From the NCBI GenBank assembly GCA_963833425.1, contig CAWHXP010000010.1:68841-132840 (forward strand): a stretch of DNA of 64,000 nucleotides, written 5' to 3'. The DNA comes from an uncultured Methanosarcinaceae archaeon. GTDB taxonomy: Archaea; Halobacteriota; Methanosarcinia; Methanosarcinales; Methanosarcinaceae. A program made the translations under genes and the position numbers. Below, piece by piece: positions 47,202 through 58,818 of this stretch (positions are counted from its first letter, which is position 1; every line of letters begins with the position of its first letter). Under the pieces are notes generated by a model, which had not been told where the DNA came from, did not search any database, and was given only the letters and a program-made list of their open reading frames with translations.

Positions 47202-48812
47202 TTACAAAGTCATCCTTTCTGCTACAAAATCAGAGACCGTTTTTAGTGAATCATTGCCCAGCATTCCATTAAATATATTTATTAGGTTCTTGCTATCTTC
47301 AAGATTCACATAACTAACCTTTAAATTTGCTAATTCAAATTCGTAACATTCATTTATATGTTCATTCTCATCGAAACCTATTACAAAGTCAATATTCTCG
47401 CTTGGTTTTAACCCCCGCGCATCAAGGACAAAAAGTGGTATAGCAAATATTTTGTGATCAAAGTCCAAATTCATTAGCTTCTGGGGATCATGTAGTTTAT
47501 CAATTGGCCAGATAAGTATCCTAACGACTTCAAGCTCTGCCAATAAATTACAATTTGATTCTCTGAACCGATATCCTTTCCACATCGTTTTATTAGGTTT
47601 CCAACCAGTTTTATTTATAGCTTTTAAGATTGGTTCAGAGAAGCTAAGATACCGGTTTTGATTAGATTTCAAGGATGACAAACGCTGAATATATTGTTCT
47701 CGAAGATATCTGTTGAATCGAGAACTATCTAATGATAAACGACGATGACTATTAATAGCATATATATGGCGATATTTCTTCAAGTTATGATGAAACTTCG
47801 CGACCCATTCATCAGATTCATCACCCCAGTATGAATCGCTCAAAAGTTTACCTTGGATTTTATGGTAATCGTCTTGGTTACTTAATGATTCATCTAAGTT
47901 CACCACATTGATAGCATAATCATATAATTCTTTAGGTATTTCTTTCTCGTCTTTGTCGACTTTTAATTCATATTTTAGCTCAAATTTTAGTCCATGATCT
48001 AAAAATATTTTCTCCAGTTCCTTTATTTTTGGTTTTATCGGTTTAATAATAAGATCTTCAGTTAATTGTTTTCCTTCATTTATAGTGGGATATCTAGTAT
48101 GGATTGTTATGAGACGAGCTTTTTTATCCCCGCTTTTATGGGGGTCAATTATTACCCCGTTTGTGTAATGGTGCCTTAACCACTGAAGTCGAGAAAAAGA
48201 AGGCATTTGCATGTCTTTTGTTAAGATTTGGTACACGTTTTCAGGCGCTCGTCTATAATCAATATCAAGTTCATCCGCGATTCTTAAAAGTGCTGAAAGT
48301 AAACGCACACGTATGGTTTCGGAACTTATAGGAGTGTCTTCATATATAGGTGAAAAAAGATCTACTTTCCGGTGTCCTTCTGAGATTAATCTAATGCATT
48401 CGGATTCTACGTGGTCAATTCCTAAAGCTTTATAATGCTCTTTTATATAAGAGCCACTTCGTAGATGATGGTCAGCTCTTATGAGATCTTGATGTGTGTA
48501 AGATGCATCTATAGATAGTTGTATGCTTTTTACTTTTTCCTGGTCGTCTTGGTATGGAATTAGCATACCCACATCGTGTAAATATGCTGCTGACAGCAAA
48601 CAAAATATCTCAATCTCTGTTAATTTATCTTTAGGACCTAATCCCACTACTAGTTGATCAAGTTTATTTATAACTGCAATGGAATGCTCTATTCCATGTA
48701 AGGTGTAATCTGTACCGTACCAGGTGTCTTTTACCCATAGTTCTTTTGTTGTATTTTCGATAAGTCCCAACTTAATGGCATATTGACCATTTAATTGTTT
48801 TCTTAACACCAT
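47202..48812 (-). CDS. HD-domain protein (HD-CE-like) with unknown C-terminal domain
   Basis: YTLHGIEHS, AAYLHDVGM, DHHLRS, EGH, LRIADELD. Confidence 0.8.
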   Translation of the reverse strand: MVLRKQLNGQYAIKLGLIENTTKELWVKDTWYGTDYTLHGIEHSIAVINKLDQLVVGLGPKDKLTEIEIFCLLSAAYLHDVGMLIPYQDDQEKVKSIQLSIDASYTHQDLIRADHHLRSGSYIKEHYKALGIDHVESECIRLISEGHRKVDLFSPIYEDTPISSETIRVRLLSALLRIADELDIDYRRAPENVYQILTKDMQMPSFSRLQWLRHHYTNGVIIDPHKSGDKKARLITIHTRYPTINEGKQLTEDLIIKPIKPKIKELEKIFLDHGLKFELKYELKVDKDEKEIPKELYDYAINVVNLDESLSNQDDYHKIQGKLLSDSYWGDESDEWVAKFHHNLKKYRHIYAINSHRRLSLDSSRFNRYLREQYIQRLSSLKSNQNRYLSFSEPILKAINKTGWKPNKTMWKGYRFRESNCNLLAELEVVRILIWPIDKLHDPQKLMNLDFDHKIFAIPLFVLDARGLKPSENIDFVIGFDENEHINECYEFELANLKVSYVNLEDSKNLINIFNGMLGNDSLKTVSDFVAERMTL

Positions 48813-48870
48813 TTGTATCGATATGAAAATAATATTGGATCTACATTAAATTAATTATATAAAATGACAG

Positions 48871-49249
48871 GGTTCCGTTGCAAAAATAATATTTCTGCAA
48901 TTTGATACTAGAAATCTTACTTTTGTGTACCATTTTGCTGGATTAAGTTTTGAATATAAAAAGCTCTCGTATGCACAGATTTTCTAACAAAAACTGTGCA
49001 TTCATGCTAGTCGGATAAATTATGTTGTCTTAAAAAATTCACTTAAATTATTTAAAAATGTCTGGTCTGCCTTTTTTAGTGATATATAAAGTTAGTCATC
49101 TAATTTTGTAATAGAAAGTGTTTTAACTTTTGAAAGTTGATCAATTGTTAATTTGCTAGCTCCTTTAAGTTTAGCTCCTTCAAGATTAGTCATCTTCAAA
49201 TTTAGGCGGCTAGACTCTCCATGATTAAAAGATTTTTTGCAACGGAACC
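48871..49249. mobile_element. IS6-TIR-bounded mini-element carrying a pentapeptide-gene fragment and a 31-bp site; extra solo TIR at 49452-49467
   Basis: GGTTCCGTTGCAAAAA / TTTTTGCAACGGAACC; TNLEGAKLKGASKLTIDQLSKVKTL inside. Confidence 0.75.
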
Positions 49250-49497
49250 CTCTTTTCTTTGCCACAGAAAGCAGGATTATCGTATGCTGATGCACAGATT
49301 TAACATTATAATCTCTGCATAATATTTTCTCAGAAAGCAGTAAAAAAGCTCCTAAACTCTACGAAGCCTAGAGATAAGGAATTATATATTTGTTAACTAT
49401 TCATCATATATATTCCTAAACTGCCACTTATTTCGGTGAATCTTCTTTTAATTTTTGCAATGGAACCGGCGTGATATTTTCAGGAGCTTTGTTGCCT

Positions 49498-49947
49498 TCA
49501 ACAATTATCAACAAAATTCAATATATCTCGGGACATATCAAAATAATCACGTAATGGGATAGTAGATACCAGTTCTAAGAACAAGGGTGCTTCGCTATCA
49601 TCAGTTCTGACAACTAAAACTTTCTTATCTTTAGCCATTGCATATCCAATGCTGTATATTACACTATCATCATTTTCCTTCATGAAAGCAATAAGAATAT
49701 CACATATTTTTATAGTATCAAGAAGAGCAATTCGGTTATCATATTCTATTCCCACATAGTTGGTATCATATATTTGTACTTTCGGATATATCTGTAATTT
49801 ATGTAATGCACTTATGTTATTGTCTTTTTTTTCAAAATCGTTGGTATCATATATTTGTATTCCATGTGATTCTAGTTCGTCTTTTAGTGATTGTATATAA
49901 TCGCTTTCTTTCCCATTAAAAGCATAGGACAACAAAACCGTCTTCAT
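49498..49947 (-). CDS. TIR-like / nucleoside 2-deoxyribosyltransferase-like protein, possibly truncated
   Basis: VLLSY, IKICDILIAF, VIYSIGYAMAKDKKVLVV; internal duplication of QIYDTN. Confidence 0.6.
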   Translation of the reverse strand: MKTVLLSYAFNGKESDYIQSLKDELESHGIQIYDTNDFEKKDNNISALHKLQIYPKVQIYDTNYVGIEYDNRIALLDTIKICDILIAFMKENDDSVIYSIGYAMAKDKKVLVVRTDDSEAPLFLELVSTIPLRDYFDMSRDILNFVDNC

Positions 49948-50576
49948 TTTTTAAATCCATCCAAATAAATTTTCTTCTGTTAATATATAATAATATAGCT
50001 TTTATATAAATATATTGCGTTTTATTTTGACTGTTCTAAAATAAACACATGATTTAGTCTCCTCTGCTTGCATATACCTGGAACCTTATTTATTAATGAT
50101 CCGTGGGTTATTATCAAAAATAGAAGAATCAAAAAACACATAAGTAATGTGGAATACTGAGCGGATGCAGTCAATATTTCACAATATTTAAGAAGCAGTG
50201 GTCAATGCTAAAGTGCAACTTTTTAATACACAGTTTTTGCTATAAAATCTATGTATCAACGATAGCAAATGCAATTTGTGGTTTTGTATAGAAAAGAACA
50301 TGTTTCAATAAAATTGTAATAAAAATATATAAATTAAGAGAACCAATTTTTCCTGTATAACAAATAAAAAGACCTCATGCAGTAAATTCGAGACTGTTGA
50401 TATGTGCATCGTCAACAGTATCTCCCTCTCCAATTCATTATGAATTTTGATGCAGACAATATCCTATTGAAGAGTTGAAGTGTCATAGAATCTAACCTGT
50501 CTGCATTTTAAACAAGCTAATAAGATTTTATTTGACATGAATTTTTTGAAAGCTAAACTGCACTGAGATCAAAGGC

Positions 50577-51092
50577 TCAGGCAAACGGATGTTTTGCCGA
50601 GTCTTTTTTGGCGAGTGCTTCTTCAACAGTTGGCCTGCTCTCAGTAGCGCGTGCTATAGCTAGCTTTGTCGCCTCATAATTGTATTCGTAAACTTTTTCC
50701 TTATCTTTTGCATCCCACTCAATAAAAACTGAAACTATAATGAAAATATCATCGGCTTGTTCTTGAGGTAGCAGGCCTGAGGATACAGAATCCATAACCG
50801 CTTTTGCGACCGCAGCTTGAGCTGGTCCAAACATAAGGGTAGCTTGTGCCACGTTTTTTATCGTAACTTTATTTACGAGCAAAGTTACAGGCTTTGGTTG
50901 GACATTGGGTTCAAGAACTGCAAGAAGGGGAGTGTGCCCCTGTCTAGGCATTGCAAGGGAATTCATAAACGCTATCTCAACAGGTCCTCCTCTAGGTCCG
51001 ATGACGATGTCTATGTGAGCAATTTCCGGGCCGGAGCCAATGAGAGCTTCTCCTATCATACTTTTCATAATATTTTTAACCAGATTCAACAC
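50577..51092 (-). CDS. fae: Formaldehyde-activating enzyme
   Basis: IGEALIGSGPEIAHIDIVIGPR, GHTPLLAVL, MFGPAQAAVAKAV, YNYEATKLAI. Confidence 0.95.
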   Translation of the reverse strand: MLNLVKNIMKSMIGEALIGSGPEIAHIDIVIGPRGGPVEIAFMNSLAMPRQGHTPLLAVLEPNVQPKPVTLLVNKVTIKNVAQATLMFGPAQAAVAKAVMDSVSSGLLPQEQADDIFIIVSVFIEWDAKDKEKVYEYNYEATKLAIARATESRPTVEEALAKKDSAKHPFA

Positions 51093-51346
51093 CTCAACTC
51101 TATTTTGAAATATTTAACATAATACCCAGAATTTGTCGACCGGGGAATGACAGGTTTGTTAACATGTTTTAATCGAAATATAAGTAACGACTATTGTGCT
51201 TACTATATACACATATAAATGAGTATATTATATCAAATGAGCTTGTATCAAAACTACCATCTACCAAGTTCAATTAATATCCAAAATTGAAAAATAAGAA
51301 TATTCACAGATTAATATTTTTGAGTTTTCCGTGGTACTTATTATTC

Positions 51347-51526
51347 GGTTCCGTTGCAAATAATTCAAAAAAATATGTAAATCTATAAGTAATTAATAAA
51401 AATTAAAATATTCAAGGAAAATGTATTAACATTATAAAACTATACCAAACAATTGATTAATGTATTTGATTTTTATTTATTACTAATAGATTCACATGCT
51501 TATTCTAAAGTTTTTGCAACGGAACC
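51347..51526. mobile_element. IS6-derived MITE made of two right ends
   Basis: Both halves match the right end of 25233-26088 in opposite orientations. Confidence 0.85.
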
Positions 51527-51586
51527 GTATTATGTATTAGATTATCAAATGTTAATTGGCACATTATAGGTTGGTGTCTGTAAAAT

Positions 51587-52111
51587 ATGATCAATGAAAA
51601 TTCGATTAATACAGTAATAAAAATTATAATAAGTGATGATAATTATTCAACATCTACCAGCGGTACAAATTTTAAATTTACTCCCGATTTTGCATCGATT
51701 GAGCTTATAGCTTGGAATATCGTAGTTGCATTTGGGGTTAATGTTGTTTCTTCATATTTTTATGAGAATTATAAACCTAAAGTATTGAAAAACCAATCAA
51801 TAGAGGTCAAAAGACTCCAAAATGAGATTGAGCTCCTTAAAAAAGAGCAATCAGCCACAAAAGAAAAAATTGCCGCAATAGAAAATTATTCGAAGATAAA
51901 AGAAAATTATGCTAAAACATTAGAAGATATTAATAAATATATTCTGTTACTGAATATAAAAATAGATAATTTACCGATGATAAGCAATAACTATGAGCTG
52001 GTGGTAAAATCATTAAAAGAATTTGGCTGGTCTTCTCCGGAAGCACAAAAAATTTCAAAGAGAATAGTCGAGAGGCTGGCTGATGATAATTTTATTATCA
52101 ATAAACAATGA
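51587..52111 (+). CDS. Hypothetical protein with a hydrophobic segment and coiled coil
   Basis: 174-aa ORF. Confidence 0.65.
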   Translation: MINENSINTVIKIIISDDNYSTSTSGTNFKFTPDFASIELIAWNIVVAFGVNVVSSYFYENYKPKVLKNQSIEVKRLQNEIELLKKEQSATKEKIAAIENYSKIKENYAKTLEDINKYILLLNIKIDNLPMISNNYELVVKSLKEFGWSSPEAQKISKRIVERLADDNFIINKQ

Positions 52112-52290
52112 CTCACTTGTCATCTGTTAGCATGTAATCTGCAATAAATGTGTTACTTTTGATATGTTTCTATGTAAACTTTTTAATTAATTTCGATGCT
52201 CAAAAAATTTATGTAGTCAATTTGTAGTTAATACATTCCTTAACCGAATGCAGATGATTAATAACTAATATTTATAGAGGATTTATAATT

Positions 52291-53872
52291 ATGAGTAATG
52301 ATTTAAACGGGATTTTTATACCCTCAATATTCACTCATGACAGTTCATATTCAACGCTGAGGCAAACACTGGGTCTCCAAAGCCCGAATTATCAAGGTGT
52401 CTATGAACCTGGCTCATCGTTGATAATTTTAAACAAGGTAAAAGATGGCCAGGTATCTAAAAAGCAACAGGAGATTGTTCTCCGACATGAAATATATCAT
52501 TCTCAACAGTTAATCAGCACAACAGCTGGACTTATCAATCTTGTATTAATATCAGCAAGAAACAACGTATTTAGAAACTATATTTACCACCTTAATAAAA
52601 CATTTAATTCTGGGCTTTGGGTACCCATCAAGGGATGGCTGGACGATCTTGCTACCCATAACCCAGATGATTGGTATGATCCAAAAAAGGAATATTACTA
52701 TGTCAGTAGCCTGAAAAGATATATTGGTGAGATCGATAGCTTATTATTATCTATCGGAACCTTTGAATCGAAAAGTATAGATGACTGTTTTTATTGGATG
52801 GAAAGATTCCCATGGTCTGAATTATATAAAGACGAAAACTGGCAGTTTTGCTTCCAAAGGTCACTTGGTGATCAAGGTTTTTGGCCATATGGGTTTACTT
52901 CGCTATTAGAAGCAACCGCGCTATACACGGATTTATTGTATAAGTATGGTGATTTTTTTGAAGTTAATAAATATATCGCTCAGGAAATTAGAAGTATCCG
53001 CTTACATATGGGTAACGAAACTCTGAGAAATACTCCTTTACTTACATATTTTGGTCCGTTTTTTTTTATTAGAAGAGTATTTCCACAATAAAGATGCCCC
53101 TCCTTTTCACTTCGTTCCAATCGCTGCGTTCTGGGCTTTAAATTCACCTCTACCACATTTCACATTAAATAAAGAAATTATTGGTAGAAAGAATGAGTCG
53201 AACTTCCCATGGACGGAAGTTGACCCAAATAACCTGTTTTATACTTTTTTATTAGAAATTACAGATGATTTGAATAGAGAAGCTCGGGGTAATTCTTTAA
53301 TAGATTTAGCGAAAATGTGGGAGCCTCGTTTTTATTCGAATTCAGGCAAAATTGTTCATGTTGATGATATTATTAATGAAGATGTTACTTATCTTGAAAA
53401 GATTAAGGATCAATCTGAGTCGATCAGCAAGTGCTTTTCAATAGTCTTTAAAGATATTAAAATCCTTAAAACAAAAGAGGAGAGGATGAAATATTTTTTT
53501 TCATCACCACTAAATAACTATCCGATACAAGGAATCGAAATAATAAAAGATGGAGATTTTCCTTCACCGGATAAGCTGGATGCTTACCTATTGAATGCAC
53601 TAGCTAATCATCTTATTCCGATATCATCCTTTAGATCTTTAAACAGGTTTAGATTCGGTAAAACTTTTCTATGTCCATCAATTTTTGAGCCTTTTTACAC
53701 ACTATGCCCGGCTAAAGGTATATGTAATGGACAATTTCCTGGAACAAAAGATTTGCCATCAGAGTGCTGGTTTCAAAGTTCAATTAAGGAAAATTTATAC
53801 CTAGACCCAAATCGGATCGACATTGTTCCTGGAGAATTTGCCTCAGAAGAAGAAGTTTTACATCTTTTCTGA
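52291..53872 (+). pseudogene. HEXXH putative metallopeptidase split by a frameshift in a T9 run (53059-53067)
   Basis: LRHEIYHSQQ plus downstream LLEATA; removing one T fuses 52291-53091 to 53051-53872; Cys-rich C-terminus. Confidence 0.65.
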
Positions 53873-53887
53873 TAATAAATAAAATAC

Positions 53888-54038
53888 GGTTGTGTTGCAA
53901 AAATTTTCTTCTCGCACTTTGAGGCTATAATTGGTACCTTTATGTACTATTTTTTCGGGTGAGTAGAATGTTTAACTTTCCGAATTGTGAAGGTTTTAAA
54001 TGATTTTGTAAAAAAGCCAGATTTTTTGCAACGGAACC
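53888..54038. mobile_element. IS6-TIR-bounded mini-element (151 bp)
   Basis: GGTTGTGTTGCAAAAA / TTTTTGCAACGGAACC. Confidence 0.7.
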
Positions 54039-54067
54039 CAAAATATTCTATCCTTTTGGATGGATCA

Positions 54068-55342
54068 CTAAGTTTTACCCCGAATATATATCGCTCGAAA
54101 GTCACTAACATTTGTGCGCGTGGGGCCTGTCCCAACTAACCCCTTATATTTCTCAAAAAAACTATATGAATCGTTATCACTAGCATATTTCATAGGCGTC
54201 GGGTCAAAAGTCTTAGCTTTCTCATACATATCTGGAAGCATAACTGCGCCAGCTTTATCTCCTGTCCCATCGATGCCGTCTGTGTCACATGAAATCGCGC
54301 ACACATGGGGGTTTCCTTTCATTGCCATCAGGAAATAAAGAAGAAATTCTGTATTTCGCCCACCTTTGCCTTTCCCTTTTACGGTTACAGTCGTTTCACC
54401 ACCTGATAAAAGCACGCAAGGAGCGGAAAAAGGTTGATTAAAAATGATGATCTGTTTTGTAATTCCCGCCATGACCAAAGCCACATCGCGCGCTTCACCC
54501 TCTATAGCGTTGCCGAGAATGTGTGGAGTGACCCCTTGGTGTATCGCATAGCTGGCTGCGGCTACAAGCCCATCTTGGGGTGTCGCAATTAAAGTATTGG
54601 TGACTCGCTTAAGAATCGGATCTTCGAGCTTAACGGTTTCCTCTTTAGCCTCCTTTAAAAAATCTAAAATAGAAGGCGGTGTGAGAATGTTATAACGTTC
54701 CAAAATCTCAAGCGCATCGGCGAAAGTTGTAGGGTCGCCGACCGTAGGCCCTGAAGCGATCACGGAGAGGTCATCACCAGGAACATCTGAAATAATGAGC
54801 GAAACGACACGTGCTCCGTTTGTAGCGCGTGCCAAACGCCCTCCTGAGATCGCTGACAAGTGCTTCCGGATGCAGTTGATTTCATGAATAGTTGCTCCCT
54901 TTTTAAATAAAGCCTTGTTAACTTTTTGCAAATCTTTCAGCTCGATACCTGGAGCCGGTAGAGTCAGCAACGCAGAACCGCCACCTGAAAAAAGACACAA
55001 CAGAAGATCATTTGGTTCAAGTCTGTTCGCCATGTTGAGAATTTCTTCTGCTGCTTTTTGTCCAGTTTTCCCAGGCATGGGATGATCAGCTTCTACAAGT
55101 TTAATCTTTTTCAATGGTATTTCATATCCATGGCGCGTAACGACGAGTCCTGAGTCTATTGTCCCTGTATAGTGAGCTTCGACAGCTTGAGCCATAGCAG
55201 CTGCAGCTTTACCGGCACCAACAACGATAGTTCGACCTTTTGGAGGTTCTGGCAGATACGCTGGAACTACTTTTTCGCCTCGAACAGCATTAAGACAAGA
55301 TTCGTATAATTTTAACAAAAAGTCTTCTGGGGGCTGGTCCAT
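54068..55342 (-). CDS. Glycerate kinase type 2 (MOFRL/TtuD family)
   Basis: VVGAGKAA, SGGGSALL, ISDVPGDD, IASGPT, SGGETTV, GGRNTE, DTDGIDG. Confidence 0.93.
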   Translation of the reverse strand: MDQPPEDFLLKLYESCLNAVRGEKVVPAYLPEPPKGRTIVVGAGKAAAAMAQAVEAHYTGTIDSGLVVTRHGYEIPLKKIKLVEADHPMPGKTGQKAAEEILNMANRLEPNDLLLCLFSGGGSALLTLPAPGIELKDLQKVNKALFKKGATIHEINCIRKHLSAISGGRLARATNGARVVSLIISDVPGDDLSVIASGPTVGDPTTFADALEILERYNILTPPSILDFLKEAKEETVKLEDPILKRVTNTLIATPQDGLVAAASYAIHQGVTPHILGNAIEGEARDVALVMAGITKQIIIFNQPFSAPCVLLSGGETTVTVKGKGKGGRNTEFLLYFLMAMKGNPHVCAISCDTDGIDGTGDKAGAVMLPDMYEKAKTFDPTPMKYASDNDSYSFFEKYKGLVGTGPTRTNVSDFRAIYIRGKT

Positions 55343-55589
55343 TATTTCTCCTATATTTTTTCGATAGCGCTTGTGCCTGCGACAAAAAAATTAAATAACG
55401 GATAGTGATATGCTAAAAAGTTACCTAGCTAGATTTTTTAAAACATGTTGACCACGAATGATATTTTTGCACTTAGATCAATTTAGGTTTGTGAAGTCTT
55501 CGATGGCTGGTATTTTTTAAGTTATTAACTCATTAGCATGGCAGCATTTTAAAGAATATTATTAGTGTTATAATAATACTTTACAGGTC

Positions 55590-57140
55590 TCATTTATTAA
55601 AATCAATCCAGTTTAGATCTCGTCCATAATAATCTTCAGTACCCATTTCATTGCCATTGGGATTTATAGGACTGGACACCCATTTTTTATTCGTTTCATC
55701 AAAACGACGTAAAAAAATAATTGCCTTTCTATGATATGGATCTATTTTTACAAAGTTGTAATGGTGTTCTCGTGGCCCAACAAATTTGTAATAGGCTCCG
55801 GATGCTATTTCTATATTCGTGTCAGTCTTATCAACTAGCTTTCCCTTACAATAATGACCATGTAGACAAAAACCAAAATAATCTTTGATTTTACGTGAAA
55901 TCAAGTCAGATTCGTGACGATGAAACCAATCTAAAGGATGGTGAATAAGAGAAATTGAAAATGTAACTCCTTTTAAATTTTCATAAGTACTCTGAATTTG
56001 ATAACTTCCTAACCATAAATTGGATTTTTCGTCTACATGTCCTCCCAACGATGACCAAGCAGAATTTAATCCTGCGATTCCAATCTTGTATGTACCTATC
56101 TCCATTATTTGAGAATATATCAATCTTTCTGGATCTTCAAGAAGATGATCAAAACCAGAGGATTTCAAAAATTGTTTATATACTCTGAAACGTTCTATGC
56201 TTTTTTCCCAAAAAAATTCACCATTTATTATAAGTTTATTGACGCAATTGCAGGGATCCATAAGATCCATATCATCATTTTTAAAATCTTTTAAATATGT
56301 ATTTATTTCTGGAATAGGTATTGTCTTATCTAGATCATGGTTTCCTGGTACAATAAAAATATTTTTTGTGGAGAATTTCGGAGAAACTAAGTTGACAATC
56401 TTGACAATATTTTCTATAAATTTATTTGCTTCTTCAAATTGTTCTTCAAAATTTTTATCAAGCCTTTTGAAATCATTGCCGTAAACTATATCACCCGTAT
56501 AAAAAAGTATGTCGGGACATAACTTATGATCTGGATCTGTAATCATTTTTTCCAAATCATTATAAAATTCGTCACGTTTTTTAGAATAATCCCATCCGTT
56601 TCTGTTATCCCCAAAGAGAGTGTCAGAGATGTGTAGCCAAGTAATGGTCTCTTTCAAGTTGCTTTCCTCAATTGTACATGAGGAGAGTCTCTCTTCCGGA
56701 AGACTGATGGGTACTTTGTCTTCTCTCCTAGAGCCTCCCTCTGCGCAAGAGTCGAAGATCTTATCATATTTTTCACCATCTTCACCAGAGCACTTTCTCC
56801 AGTCTATATAATCAAGATGTGCAATGATATCAGGCCGGGTACAATCATCAATTAGGAGTGGGATCAATCGACGATGTATATTTATGGGATCACGATAGAT
56901 TATAGCAAACTGTTCTATCATTGCCCAATCTGACTCAAAATAAGCTGGAGACATACAAATTAGAAGCTTACGAGAAATTTTTATACCCTGGTCGATTTTC
57001 AAAGGAATTGAATCTCCAGGACGGATAGACCATTCATCCAATCATACTTTTAGATTGTCCTGTTTAAGGCGCTGAGCAAGCGGATGCACAATCTTTTTGT
57101 CCTTTGAGCTATAGCTAATAAAGACATCATATTCAAACAT
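55590..57140 (-). pseudogene. TIR domain + calcineurin-like metallophosphoesterase fusion with an in-frame TGA at 57042-57044
   Basis: Manual extension MFEYDVFISYSSKDK..LKV*LDEWSIRPGD; WLHISD, TGD, VPGNHD, HHP, LHGH motifs. Confidence 0.85.
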
Positions 57141-57288
57141 CTTACCTACATTCCTATCAATTGTCTTATCTTGCAAATTTAAACGAAATCATATATGTAA
57201 ATTCGTAAGGCTCTCAAATAAGTTGTCATTTAACCTAAAAGCTACAACAGTTACATACTTTTTAGGACAAAAACAACATTCTTTAAAG

Positions 57289-58056
57289 GGTTCCGTTGCA
57301 AAAAATTCAAAAAATATGTAAATCTATAATTAATTAATAAAAATCAAGATATTAAAGGAAAATGTATTAACATTATAAAACTATGCCAACCAATTGATTA
57401 ATGTATTTGACTTCATTAAGAACCGAGTAATTTAGATCATTTACTTGTCCTTTTTGATCATATTCATAGCTTCAATTCCTTTTAAAGTCTTATTAGCAGA
57501 TCGAAAAGACTGAAATCCTAACATTGAATTAACGATTCGCTTTATGGATCTATGATCTTGTTCTATAATGTTATTTAAATATTTGATTTGTCTAATTTAA
57601 ACATTTTTTAAAATGTTCTTCTCATTTTTGAGTTCATTTATGGCAGGTGGATAAGCTGGATTCTTATCAACTGTTATTTCTCTTGGAATTTGATTATGAT
57701 CGGAACTCAAAGCTTTCTTAAAGAATCTGTTCGTAGCTTTTTTATCACGTTTTGAACTTAACATGAAATAAATTGTATCTCCATTTGAGTCAACTGCTCG
57801 GTAAAAATATTTCCATTTACTTTTTACTTTGATATAGGTTTCATCAACTCTTCACGAATAGTTTGTTGGTCTTAAATTTCTTCTTATCTTCTTTTCTATT
57901 TTAGGGGAATATTGATGTACCCATCTCATGGTTGTTGTATGGTCGACTTTTACTCCCCTTTCTGCCATCATTTCCTTTAAATTTCTATAGCTCAATGGAT
58001 ATTTTAAGTACCACTTACATTCAATAGGATAATTTCCCCTTCATAATGCTTCCAGT
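57289..58056 (-). mobile_element. Degenerate IS6 copy lacking its left end
   Basis: Reverse complement of 25310-26088 with stops and frameshifts. Confidence 0.9.
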
Positions 58057-58458
58057 TAACATGCACAAAAGCACTATCAATTTAAATATCATAAAATATT
58101 ATAATTATTCTTGAATATTTAATTCGATGGAGATTCATATTCTCGTGACAGTTTTTGGTATATAATCTTTGTATGAAAACATCCACATCATTAAAAACGA
58201 TAAATTGTATTTTTTGTAGTGACAGAAAAAGTACATAGAACCGATCGGATATTGCAGAACTTTAGGTACACTGCTGCAAAAAAATATCTTTTTAATATGG
58301 TAATTTCATCCTAGTTAGTTGATACAGAACTAAAATTTCATGATAAAGGAAAATTATTATGGTTTAAAAAACAGTATAAATATAAGAATTATATGTCTTT
58401 TAAATGCTTTATTAAAAAATATTGACCACGGAAGCGTAGAACCATATTATGTGTCTAA

Positions 58459-58656
58459 TTATTCGACAACTGCACATGCAAAGCACACATACTCAAAACA
58501 CCCATCTTTACGCCCTTGCAAGTAACATTTTTTAATGTATTCTGGATTTAAATTTTCATGAAGACGGAATCCTAAAGTTGTGAGATCTTCACCCAACCTA
58601 GACGGATTGAAACCATCTGTTCTCATTTGCTCGTCTATTTTTTGCAAAAACTCCAA
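58459..58656 (-). CDS. Hypothetical ORF or 3' gene fragment starting inside a 31-bp site
   Basis: TTG start falls within site 58652-58682. Confidence 0.35.
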   Translation of the reverse strand: MEFLQKIDEQMRTDGFNPSRLGEDLTTLGFRLHENLNPEYIKKCYLQGRKDGCFEYVCFACAVVE

Positions 58657-58818
58657 TAGTTTTTGCTATAAAACCTGCGTATCAGTGAAACTTATAAGGC
58701 CTAACTCTTGTGAAACTCTTCTGAGTATGATTATTAATCTATATTTTTCTATTTTTGCGGGAAACGAAAAAAGAATACCCAGTTAATTTTCTCTGTTACT
58801 CTTCGAAACATTTAAAAT

